From positions 2,381-66,380 of the forward strand of contig CAYOVN010000001.1 in assembly GCA_964407425.1 (NCBI GenBank): a stretch of 64,000 nt of DNA. Direction: 5' to 3'. The notes beneath the pieces were generated by a model that was given only the letters and a program-made list of their open reading frames with translations, did not search any database and was not told the DNA's origin. How positions within the stretch are numbered: position 1 is the stretch's first letter; each line of letters begins with the position of its first letter. The position numbers and the translations under genes are program-made. Of the stretch, positions 16,549-25,312 are shown one piece after another. The DNA comes from an uncultured Gemmatimonadaceae bacterium (GTDB lineage Bacteria > Gemmatimonadota > Gemmatimonadetes > Longimicrobiales > Gaopeijiaceae).

Positions 16549-19230
16549 CTAGCCCTCCCACCCTTCTTTTCGAAGGGCCGCTTGAGCCGCCGCAAGGCGA
16601 GCCACCGGGACCCGGTACGAAGAACAGCTCACGTAGTCCAAACCTATCTCATGAAAGAACTCGATAGACTCGGCCTCTCCTCCGTGCTCCCCGCAGATAC
16701 CCACCTTCAGCTCCGGATTGGCCTCTCTTCCCTCCTCAGTTGCGATGCTCACCAACCGTCCGACGCCGGTCTGATCCAGGCTGAAGAAGGGATCGGCCCC
16801 CATCACACCCTGGGAGAGATAATCCGGAAGGAAGGAGTTGATATCGTCCCGACTAAAACCGAAGGTCATCTGAGTGAGGTCGTTGGTTCCGAAGGAGAAG
16901 AAGTCGGCGGACCCAGCGATTTCTCCGGCGGTGAGGGCTGCCCGGGGAACCTCGATCATCGTCCCGATGGGGATTGTGAGGTTGCCTGTGTATTTCTGCT
17001 CCTTGATGACCTCGTGGATCGTCTCTTCCACCAGGCCCCTCAGGAGTGACAACTCCTTCACCGAGCCGACCAGGGGAATCATGATTTCCGGCATGGCCCG
17101 GACCCCCTCCCTTCGACAGGAAATGGCGGCCTCGACGATAGCCGTGACCTGCATGACCGTGATTTCAGGGTAGGTGATGGCCAGCCTGCATCCCCGGTGA
17201 CCCAACATGGGGTTGGCCTCTTCCAAACCCTCCACCCGTTCTCGCAGTATCTCCAGGGTGATATCAAGGTTGTCGGCCAGAAGCTTCTGCCGGTCATCCT
17301 CTCTGGGAAGGAACTCATGAAGGGGTGGATCCAACAACCGGATCGTCACCGGATACCCTTTCATGGCCGTGAGCATGCCTTTGAAATCGTCTCTTTGATA
17401 AGGCAGGAGTTTGGCCAGGGCCTTCTGACGGGCTCTGGTGGTGTCGGAGAGAATCATCTCCTGCATGGCTTCGATTCGACCGGCACCAAAGAACATATGC
17501 TCCGTTCTGCAGAGCCCAATCCCGGTGGCGCCGAAATGGCGCGCCCGAAAAGCCTCCTCAGGCGTGTCGGCGTTCGCTCGAATACCGAGAACCCGGTAGG
17601 CATCGCCCCACTCCATCACCATGCCGAAATACCCGGAAAGCTCGGGCTGGGAATGGGCAACATTCCCTTCCATCACTTCACCGGTGGAACCGTCGATGGA
17701 GAGCGTGTCGTCCGGGCCGAAACTCTTACCCCCCATGGTCACCTTCTTCTGCCGGGCACTGATATTCAACTCGCCGGCACCCACTACGCAGCACTTCCCC
17801 CAACCCCTGGCCACCACCGCCGCGTGGGAGGTCATTCCTCCGGTGGAAGTCAGGATGCCTGCGGCGTGGTGCATCCCATCTACATCCTCCGGTGACGTCT
17901 CCCTTCGAACCAGCAGGACATCTTCTCCCGTAGCAGTGCGCCGCACCGCCTCCTCGGCCGAAAAGGCCAGCTTCCCACTGGCAGCCCCTGGAGACGCCGG
18001 CAGCCCGGTGGTAAGAAGCCGTGATCCCGCTTTGTCCTCCAGGGAATAACTGGGAAGGAGGAATTGGGTCATCGCCTGGGGCGGAATCCGGACCAAAGCC
18101 TCTTCCTGAGTGATGATCCCCTGCTCTACCATGTCCACGGCGATCCTCACCGCAGCCGCTCCGGTTCGCTGACCCCGGCGGCTCTGAAGCATGAAGAGAT
18201 TGCCACCCTCGATGGTGAACTCGAGGTCCTGCATATCCTTGAAGTGGCCCTCCAGGACCCACTTCATTTCCCGGAGTTCTTCCAGGACCGTTGGATTCCA
18301 CTCCGCCATCTCCTGGACGTCCCTGGGGGTCCGAATTCCAGCGACGACGTCCTCACCTTGGGCGTTCACGAGAAACTCACCGAACAGCTTGTCTTCCCCC
18401 GTGGCCGGATTCCGTGTGAAGCAGACTCCGGTTCCGGAGCAATCGTCGAGATTCCCGAAGACCATGGCCTGAACCGTGACGGCCGTACCCAGAAAGCCGT
18501 GAAGGTGGTTGATCTCCCGGTATCGAACCGCCCTGGGAGCATCCCAGCTTCGGAATACGGCATGAATCGCCAGAAGAAGCTGTTGGTGGGGGTCCTGGGG
18601 GAACGACTCCTTCGTGTGTTTCCTGTAGATCTGCTTGTACTTCTTGACCAGTTCCCTCAAGCCCTTGGCCGGCACCTCCGTATCATCGATGGCACCGTAC
18701 TTCTCCTTGATCTCGGAGAAAGCATCCTCGAAATACTCGTGATCCACACCCATGACCACATCGCCGAACATGTGAACCAGCCGGCGATAAGCATCAAAGG
18801 TCGCCCGTTCATTCTCGGTGACCTTCGCCATCCACTCAGCGTTTTTGTCATTCAGCCCGAGATTCAGGATGGTGTCCATCATCCCCGGCATGGACGCTGC
18901 GGCGCCGCTACGGACCGACACGAGGAGGGGGTTCTCCTCAGCGCCGAATCCCTTTCCCATCTCTTTTTCCAGCTTGACCAGGTTCTCCTCCACCTGCTCC
19001 ATGAGCCCAGGGGGGAGCTTCCGACCTCGGTCGTTATACTCTGCGCAGACACCGGTCGTGATGGTGAATCCTGGTGGAACGGGAAGGCCCAAAGACCTCA
19101 TATAGGCCAGACTCGCACCCTTTCCCCCGAGCCGCTCCGCCGAGAACTGGGTTCGGCGGGACCCCGACCGCCCGAAGTAGTGAATTCTCTTCACGGGCGG
19201 CACAACCCGGATTTTCCGGCCCTTCTTCAT
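16549..19230 (-). CDS. ppdK: Pyruvate, phosphate dikinase
   Basis: LGGKGASLAYM, GGMTSHAAVVARGWGK (phosphohistidine swivel), GLCRTEHMF and FFSFGTNDLTQ are canonical PPDK motifs. I chose the start at MKKGRK (19230) to avoid overlapping maeB; the track start is 19293. Confidence 0.96.
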   Translation of the reverse strand: MKKGRKIRVVPPVKRIHYFGRSGSRRTQFSAERLGGKGASLAYMRSLGLPVPPGFTITTGVCAEYNDRGRKLPPGLMEQVEENLVKLEKEMGKGFGAEENPLLVSVRSGAAASMPGMMDTILNLGLNDKNAEWMAKVTENERATFDAYRRLVHMFGDVVMGVDHEYFEDAFSEIKEKYGAIDDTEVPAKGLRELVKKYKQIYRKHTKESFPQDPHQQLLLAIHAVFRSWDAPRAVRYREINHLHGFLGTAVTVQAMVFGNLDDCSGTGVCFTRNPATGEDKLFGEFLVNAQGEDVVAGIRTPRDVQEMAEWNPTVLEELREMKWVLEGHFKDMQDLEFTIEGGNLFMLQSRRGQRTGAAAVRIAVDMVEQGIITQEEALVRIPPQAMTQFLLPSYSLEDKAGSRLLTTGLPASPGAASGKLAFSAEEAVRRTATGEDVLLVRRETSPEDVDGMHHAAGILTSTGGMTSHAAVVARGWGKCCVVGAGELNISARQKKVTMGGKSFGPDDTLSIDGSTGEVMEGNVAHSQPELSGYFGMVMEWGDAYRVLGIRANADTPEEAFRARHFGATGIGLCRTEHMFFGAGRIEAMQEMILSDTTRARQKALAKLLPYQRDDFKGMLTAMKGYPVTIRLLDPPLHEFLPREDDRQKLLADNLDITLEILRERVEGLEEANPMLGHRGCRLAITYPEITVMQVTAIVEAAISCRREGVRAMPEIMIPLVGSVKELSLLRGLVEETIHEVIKEQKYTGNLTIPIGTMIEVPRAALTAGEIAGSADFFSFGTNDLTQMTFGFSRDDINSFLPDYLSQGVMGADPFFSLDQTGVGRLVSIATEEGREANPELKVGICGEHGGEAESIEFFHEIGLDYVSCSSYRVPVARLAAAQAALRKEGWEG

Positions 19231-19261
19231 GGCTCGATCCCTTTGGTTCGGTTTTGTAAGC

Positions 19262-21535
19262 CTACCCCTCGGACCTCCCCCGTTCAGCAGCATCCACTGA
19301 CGCGATGGTAATGAGGTTTACCACATCCTGCACGGTGCTCCCTCTCTGGAGGACATGAACCGGGTGGCGCATCCCCAGAAGAATGGGTCCGATCACGTCA
19401 GCCCCACCGATGACATCCATGAGTTTATAGGCGGTGTTGGCGGCGCCGAGGTTGGGGAACACCAAGATGTTCGCGGGCCCGGAAAGATCCGAGAACGGGA
19501 AGTGCTCCCTGAGCATATCGTTGTTCAAAGCCCAGTCGGCCTGCATCTCACCATCCACCTCCAGCTCCGGATCCAACTCCTTAACCCGCGCCACCGCGTC
19601 GGCCATCTTCTTGGAGAAAGCGTGGGGTGCAGATCCGAAATTGGAGAAGGAGAGCATGGCGACCCGGGGCTCGATCTTCAGCTCCCGGACAAATCCGGCG
19701 GACAGGATGGCGATCTCCGCCAGTGTTTCCGAATCCGGCTCGATGTTCACGGAGGTGTCTGCGAAGAAGAGGAGCTTCTTGTTCGGAAGGGCGATCATGT
19801 AAAGGCCCGCCACATGGTCAACCCCGTCGGCCTTTCCAACCACCTGAAGGGCCGGCCGAATGGTCTCCGGGTAGTTGGACTCAATGCCCGCTACCATGGC
19901 GTCGGCGTCCCCTTCCCGAACCATCATTCCCGCGAAGCGTAACTTCCTGGACATCTGATCCCGGGCTTCGGCAATGGTGAGCCCCTTCCTCAAACGTCGG
20001 TCGTAGATGGCCTTCGCATACCGCTCCCGCTTGTCGCCCTCATCGGGAGGATAGACGATCTCTACACCAGTGAGGTCCGCGCCCAACTCCTTGGCTTTCG
20101 CCCGGATCCTCTCAGGGCGGCCGAGAAGTGTGGGAATAGCCACGCCTTCTTCGACCACGGCGGCGGCAGCCCGGATGATCCGGTCGTTATACCCGTCCGG
20201 AAGCACCACCCGTTTCGGGTTTCTCCGGGCCATGGAAGTCATTCTTTGCATCACTTCCATTGCCGGTCCAAGGCTGGCCTTCAAGCGATCTCGGTACTCA
20301 TCGAGATCCAGCTCGATCCGGGCAACACCGTCTTCCATAGCCGCCTTTGCCACGGCCGGGGAGACGTAGAAGAGGACCCGGGGATCGAAGGGCTTGGGGA
20401 TGATGTAGTCCCGGCCGAATTCAATGTGCTCATCCCCATAGGCCATCATGACCGATTCGGGGACCTCCTGCCGGGTCAGGTCGGCGAGAGCCTGGGTAGC
20501 CGCCAGCATCATGTTCGGCGTAATGGCCTTCGCCCTCACATCCAGGGCACCCCGAAAGATGAACGGGAAGCCGAGAACGTTATTCACCTGGTTCGGGTAA
20601 TCGCTCCGCCCGGTAGCCATGATGGCGTCGTCCCGAACCTCAGCGACTTCTTCGGGCAGAATCTCAGGGACCGGGTTGGCCAGGGCGAAGATGATTGGGT
20701 CCTTGGCCATGGACCGAACCATATCCTTGCTCACCATTCCCGCCACAGAGAGGCCCACAAACACGTCGGCCCCATCCATGGCGTCATCCAGGCATCGGGC
20801 GTCGGTTTCCACCGCCCACTCTTCCTTGAATTCGTTCATCCCCTCGGTGCGACCCTTGTAGATCACTCCCTTGGAGTCCACCATCATCATGTTCTCGTGA
20901 CGCACCCCCAGCCTCATGAAATGACGGGCAGAGGAGATGGCGGAAGCGCCGGCCCCGCTGAAGACCACCCGCACCTCACCGATTTTCTTCCCGACGACCT
21001 CCAGAGCATTCAAAAGGCCTGCTGCCCCGATGATGGCCGTGCCGTGCTGGTCGTCGTGGAAGACCGGAATGTCCATGGTCTCCTTGAGGGTCTTCTCGAT
21101 ATGGAAACACTCAGGAGCCTTGATGTCCTCCAAGTTGATCCCACCGAAAGTGGGCTCGAGAAGCTGGCAAGTACGAATAACCTCTTCCGGATCCTTGGAG
21201 GCGAGCTCGATATCAAAAACGTCGATCCCGGCAAACCGCTTGAAGAGAACACCCTTCCCCTCCATGACCGGTTTGGAGGCCAGCGCCCCGATGTCTCCCA
21301 GACCTAGTACGGCAGTCCCATTGGAAACCACGCCCACCAGGTTGCCCTTGGCGGTGTAGAGAAAGGCATCGTCCGGGTTTTTTTCGATTTCCAGGCAAGG
21401 GTCCGCCACACCCGGGCTATAGGCCAGAGACAACTCCCTCTGGGTAGCCATGGGCTTGGTCGCCACAACCTCAATTTTGCCTGGCTTCCCTCCCTGGGTG
21501 TGATAGTCGAGAGCGTCTTGTTTTGAAATGGCCAT
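19262..21535 (-). CDS. maeB: NADP-dependent malic enzyme with a C-terminal phosphotransacetylase-like domain
   Basis: [51 protein letters not shown], followed by a PTA-like roughly 330-aa C-terminus. 757 aa. Confidence 0.95.
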   Translation of the reverse strand: MAISKQDALDYHTQGGKPGKIEVVATKPMATQRELSLAYSPGVADPCLEIEKNPDDAFLYTAKGNLVGVVSNGTAVLGLGDIGALASKPVMEGKGVLFKRFAGIDVFDIELASKDPEEVIRTCQLLEPTFGGINLEDIKAPECFHIEKTLKETMDIPVFHDDQHGTAIIGAAGLLNALEVVGKKIGEVRVVFSGAGASAISSARHFMRLGVRHENMMMVDSKGVIYKGRTEGMNEFKEEWAVETDARCLDDAMDGADVFVGLSVAGMVSKDMVRSMAKDPIIFALANPVPEILPEEVAEVRDDAIMATGRSDYPNQVNNVLGFPFIFRGALDVRAKAITPNMMLAATQALADLTRQEVPESVMMAYGDEHIEFGRDYIIPKPFDPRVLFYVSPAVAKAAMEDGVARIELDLDEYRDRLKASLGPAMEVMQRMTSMARRNPKRVVLPDGYNDRIIRAAAAVVEEGVAIPTLLGRPERIRAKAKELGADLTGVEIVYPPDEGDKRERYAKAIYDRRLRKGLTIAEARDQMSRKLRFAGMMVREGDADAMVAGIESNYPETIRPALQVVGKADGVDHVAGLYMIALPNKKLLFFADTSVNIEPDSETLAEIAILSAGFVRELKIEPRVAMLSFSNFGSAPHAFSKKMADAVARVKELDPELEVDGEMQADWALNNDMLREHFPFSDLSGPANILVFPNLGAANTAYKLMDVIGGADVIGPILLGMRHPVHVLQRGSTVQDVVNLITIASVDAAERGRSEG

Positions 21536-21714
21536 ATTACGTCAATCCGATCTTCTTCTCATTGGTGGGAAATGCCGTACGGATCCAGCTTCAGCGGGTT
21601 TCTCCCGTTGCAACATCCGGACCGAGCCGGGTAGTCGTTTGCACGTTGGGCTTAAGGCAATACATTAGCGCAAACTCAAGGCGGGAGGGAACATTGGAGA
21701 TCAAACAGGGCCGG

Positions 21715-22104
21715 ATGGTCCATCTTGGTTATGGGAGATACTGGCGCTCCGACGAGATCGTCGGTCTTTGCCCCATCGAAGAGGACCGGGGACCCGGTAG
21801 GAGAACCGAGGTTTATGTTGCCACCCGGGAAGATTCTCTCATCGTTTCCCGGTCCGAGCAGTCGATTCTCAGCGACATGGCCAGTCTGCCGGATAACGAG
21901 TTCGAGGCTGAGGAGGCCCGGGGCCTCCTGAGTGAATTCCTTGAGGACCTTCAGGAAGTGAATCCGGTCCTCCGGCGGATGCTCGAAAACGAAGTGCGGG
22001 TGGATCTGGACATGTGGGAAAGGCGGATCAAGGGACTCATGGCCCGAGGGGACGGTGTCAGAGAGGCCGAGAATCAGGAAGATCTCTTCTCGGCTCCGAG
22101 CTGA
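21715..22104 (+). CDS. Hypothetical protein with an N-terminal DUF370/RemA-like segment and an acidic helical C-terminal extension
   Basis: MVHLGYGRYWRSDEIVGLCP...GRRTEVYVATREDSLIVSRSEQSIL aligns by eye with RemA (IGFGNIISANRMISIVSP...[25 protein letters not shown]). The start was chosen at the ATG at 21715, in frame with the track ORF 21523. Confidence 0.45.
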   Translation: MVHLGYGRYWRSDEIVGLCPIEEDRGPGRRTEVYVATREDSLIVSRSEQSILSDMASLPDNEFEAEEARGLLSEFLEDLQEVNPVLRRMLENEVRVDLDMWERRIKGLMARGDGVREAENQEDLFSAPS

Positions 22105-22132
22105 GCCAACCCGGTCACAGGCCGCCCACTGC

Positions 22133-23929
22133 ATGCGCTTTCATCTCTCACTGGTACTTCTTTGCGTTCCCCTCCTGGCCTCAAGCCTGGGGCCCGGGAG
22201 CGCGGCTGGGCAGGAGTGTGAGGCCGGCAGAATCTCCTACATCTTCATCGACAACAACTCCATCTTCGACCTCTCGGAGCTGGAACCCGACGCCAGCTTT
22301 CGTTGGGCATACGGGTTCGCCAACAAGCTCCATGTTCGGACCCGCGAGCAGTTCATCAGGAAGGAACTCCTCTTCGGGGTTGGCGAGTGCCTCGACACCC
22401 TCCTCTTGGCGGAAACGGAGAGGATCCTTCGAGGATACCGCTTCATCGGAGACGCTGACGTGTTCGGGGTTCCCCAGCCCGACGGGACTCAGCACGTAAA
22501 CGTCTACACCAAGGATGAGTGGACGACGAAGGTGGATCTCGGGTTCAGGATCGATGACGGGTTCAAGATCGAGGGCCTTGAAGTGGCCGAGGAGAATTTC
22601 CTCGGCAGGGGAGTCCTGCTCCGGGGGTTCTGGAAAAAGGACAAAGAAGTCCAGGATCTGGGAATGGAGTTCGAAACCCCCCGCCTATTCGGAACCCGCT
22701 GGGATGGAAGAGTAAGCGTTGGAAGCACTCGAACCGGCAACTTCTACGAAGAGGCCATCACCTATCCTTTTATAGGGGAGGTGGGTCGGTTCGGAGCCAG
22801 ACAAAGTATCCTCTGGCGGGAAACCGTTTTTTCCTACTCCACCACCGGAACCGCGGATTACTCCCACTTCCTTCTGCCCTTCCTGGACCAGCGATGGGAC
22901 TTCTCGGCAGGTGGACGCTGGGGCCGTCCGGGAAAGCTGACCCTCCTGGGAGGAGGGATTTCTCGAGAGACCATTGAGTTCCGGGACTTTCCCACAAGCT
23001 CCGAATACGTAATCGATAAGGATTTCACCAATTCGGTACCGGTAGATTCGGCTGGTGCAGCTGAGGTTCAGGGTCAGGTGAACAGTCGCCGGGCGAACCG
23101 CCTCAACATCTTCCTGGGGCAGCGGAACATCCGGTTCGTGAAGCGCAGGGGCCTCGATGCCTTGAACGGGATCCAGGACGTGGGCACGGGCATGGAGGTC
23201 TTCGCCGGCCTGGGCCGGGCCTTTAAGGGACTTCAGGAGGGTGGTGGGTACTCCACCAACGACCTCCACACGCAGGCCTCACTGTTCCTGGGAGGGGTGT
23301 GGGATGGTTGGGTCCTCAACACCCAGGTGGTCGCGGAGGCACGACGTGTCAAACCGGACGACGGGGGGGAAGCCAGCTGGAAGGACATCTTCGGCGAAGC
23401 CGACCTCTTTTTGTACTGGCAACCCCGGGGAGAGCGGTTCCACACCTTCCTGTTCCGGGCATCGGCCGCAGGTGGATGGTCGGTCGAAACGCCCTTCCAG
23501 TTGACGATCGGTGGCCGCTCGGAACTGAGGGGGTACAGGGAAGAGGATTACCCGGGTGCTCATCGCCTGGTTTTGACCTTCGAGGACCGAATTTTTCTCC
23601 CCTCACCTTCTCCGGGCCTGTTCGATGTGGGTTTGGCCGCCTTCGTAGATGTGGGCCGAATGGGGGCTGGGGAGGTTCCCTTCGGTCAGGATTCCGGGTG
23701 GCTCGGAAACGTAGGTATCGGCCTCCGATTCGGGTTACCGCCGGGCACGAACAGCATGATCCGTATCGACCTGATCCTCCCTATGAAATCCCGGACACAG
23801 TGGAAAGACCTGATTCTTCGGGTCAACATCAGAGAATTGATAGGAATCCTCCCGGGACTCCGGGATCGGCAGCTTCTCAGGAGCCTCCGAAGCGGCGTGA
23901 GACCCGCCTACGTGACCTCGCCGTTCTAA
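22133..23929 (+). CDS. Omp85/BamA-TamA-family outer-membrane beta-barrel protein
   Basis: Signal peptide MRFHLSLVLLCVPLLASSLGPGSAAG. POTRA-like ISYIFIDNNSIFD, barrel-entry motif EENFLGRGV, alternating beta pattern and a terminal aromatic (..TSPF). Confidence 0.6.
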   Translation: MRFHLSLVLLCVPLLASSLGPGSAAGQECEAGRISYIFIDNNSIFDLSELEPDASFRWAYGFANKLHVRTREQFIRKELLFGVGECLDTLLLAETERILRGYRFIGDADVFGVPQPDGTQHVNVYTKDEWTTKVDLGFRIDDGFKIEGLEVAEENFLGRGVLLRGFWKKDKEVQDLGMEFETPRLFGTRWDGRVSVGSTRTGNFYEEAITYPFIGEVGRFGARQSILWRETVFSYSTTGTADYSHFLLPFLDQRWDFSAGGRWGRPGKLTLLGGGISRETIEFRDFPTSSEYVIDKDFTNSVPVDSAGAAEVQGQVNSRRANRLNIFLGQRNIRFVKRRGLDALNGIQDVGTGMEVFAGLGRAFKGLQEGGGYSTNDLHTQASLFLGGVWDGWVLNTQVVAEARRVKPDDGGEASWKDIFGEADLFLYWQPRGERFHTFLFRASAAGGWSVETPFQLTIGGRSELRGYREEDYPGAHRLVLTFEDRIFLPSPSPGLFDVGLAAFVDVGRMGAGEVPFGQDSGWLGNVGIGLRFGLPPGTNSMIRIDLILPMKSRTQWKDLILRVNIRELIGILPGLRDRQLLRSLRSGVRPAYVTSPF

Positions 23930-24444
23930 CCCAACGCCCCTCACAATTCAGGAAATCACATCCGCCGGCCCGAGAGAATCCGATGGACTTGGATTCTTTG
24001 GGTCCTTCTTAGCTGAGGCATTGTGTCCCTCCAGGGGAAAAGTCCGCCCTGCCCGCCGGTCCCCTCCCCCAGATCGCTACCTCCCCGGCGGTCAATCAGC
24101 CAGCTTTTCCCAGCCGCCGTCGGTCCGGGAGAAGTCACCCGAAACATCAGGGCGTTTTGCAGGTGGGCCCTTGGTTACGCTGAAACCCCTTCCCTCCGAC
24201 CTTCCCGAGGTCCATCGTAGGCACCCTTTTTGCAGATGAGTCTTAATGGCCCAAGAAACCCATAAGTGGTGAAAAAACCATTGACTTACAGGATTACCGT
24301 TTTTACCTTTCACGGACTTTTCTGCCACTCTTTTTCTGGAGGCGACCGCGCCGATCCATTTGGCGAGTCTTCGCAAAAAAATTAGTTAAGGTAGTCAAGT
24401 ATCGTATCTTGGCATTCACCTAAGCACGAGGTACAGCGACGCGG

Positions 24445-25305
24445 ATGTTTTCTACTTCCCGGGGCCTGGACTCTTTCGACCAGTATTTGCAGGACGTTGA
24501 GAAGTATCCCCTCATACAGGATCCGCAAGAAGAGCGGGCATTGGCCCGCCGAGCCCGGGCCGGCGACAAGGAAGCCGCCGAACGCCTGGTGACGGCCAAC
24601 CTCAGATTCGTCATCTCCTATGTGAAAAAATACCAGGGCCGAGGGTTGGGCCTTGCCGAACTCGTCTGCATAGGGAACGAAGGACTTCTGAAGGCCGTCA
24701 AAAAGTTCGATCCGGACAAAGGGGTGAAGTTCATCTCCTACGCAGTCTGGTGGATTCGCCAGACTGTGCTTCAGGCTCTCGCTGAGCAGACACGCTCGGT
24801 CAGAATTCCCCTGAACCAGAACTCCAACCTCGCAAAGCTTGCTCGCACCAATACCGCCCTCACCCAACAACTCGGACGGACCCCCACCGATCAAGAGCTC
24901 GCCCAGGAAATGTGCGAACCGGTGGAAACGATCCGAGCCCTACGGAGGGTCGCCGCCAGTGAGCTGAGTTTGGATGCACCCATCGACCGAAGCGACCGGG
25001 ACAGCGCCTCGTTCGGTGAGAGGTTCTCAGGGGCTGAAGCCAGTGACATCGAAGAAGACGTAGAGGCCATCGCACGCCGTGACTACCTCGAGAACATGTT
25101 CGAGCAGTATCTCACGGAGAGGGAGCGAAAGATCCTTTACCTGTACTATGGGCTGGACGACGGGGAAGAACGAACTCTGGAAGAGATCGGATCTCTCCTC
25201 GGAGTCACCCGTGAACGGATTCGTCAGATTCGGAACAGGGCTTTCGAGAAACTTCGGGAAAGTCCCCACGGCGATTCCCTCTCCGGGTTCTGGAACGCCA
25301 ACTGA
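24445..25305 (+). CDS. RNA polymerase sigma-70 family factor, short Bacteroidota-like type (286 aa), paralog of 10924-11835
   Basis: ANLRFVISYVKKYQGRGLGLAELVCIGNEGL, FISYAVWWIRQTV, RSVRIPLNQ, LEEIGSLLGVTRERIRQIRNRAFEKLR. Confidence 0.9.
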   Translation: MFSTSRGLDSFDQYLQDVEKYPLIQDPQEERALARRARAGDKEAAERLVTANLRFVISYVKKYQGRGLGLAELVCIGNEGLLKAVKKFDPDKGVKFISYAVWWIRQTVLQALAEQTRSVRIPLNQNSNLAKLARTNTALTQQLGRTPTDQELAQEMCEPVETIRALRRVAASELSLDAPIDRSDRDSASFGERFSGAEASDIEEDVEAIARRDYLENMFEQYLTERERKILYLYYGLDDGEERTLEEIGSLLGVTRERIRQIRNRAFEKLRESPHGDSLSGFWNAN

Positions 25306-25312
25306 ACGTCGG

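Noticed and set aside
24030-24180. GGGGAAAAGTCCGCCCTGCC resembles the RNase P RNA GGAAAGUCCGGGC core, and CGTCGGTCCGGGAGAAGTCACC vaguely resembles SRP RNA domain IV
   Set aside because: The other universally conserved elements are absent: for RNase P, AGGGCAGGGUGCC, GUAAGAGCGCACC and ACAGAACCCGGCUUA; for SRP, the GGAA tetraloop with AGCAGC. The resemblance is probably chance in GC-rich sequence.
24092-24376. A 94-aa minus-strand ORF (TTG start) inside the large intergenic gap
   Set aside because: Its codon usage is AT3-rich, unlike every confident gene here. It has no SD sequence or recognisable domain and is probably non-coding.
25079-25312. The track start (ATG 25079) for the 789-aa ORF
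   Set aside because: That ATG lies 227 nt inside the sigma-factor gene in another frame, so the extension is almost certainly not translated. The same reasoning was applied to the upstream-extended track starts at 7209, 22055, 47764, 45394, 52941, 52391, 27921, 19293 and 61113.
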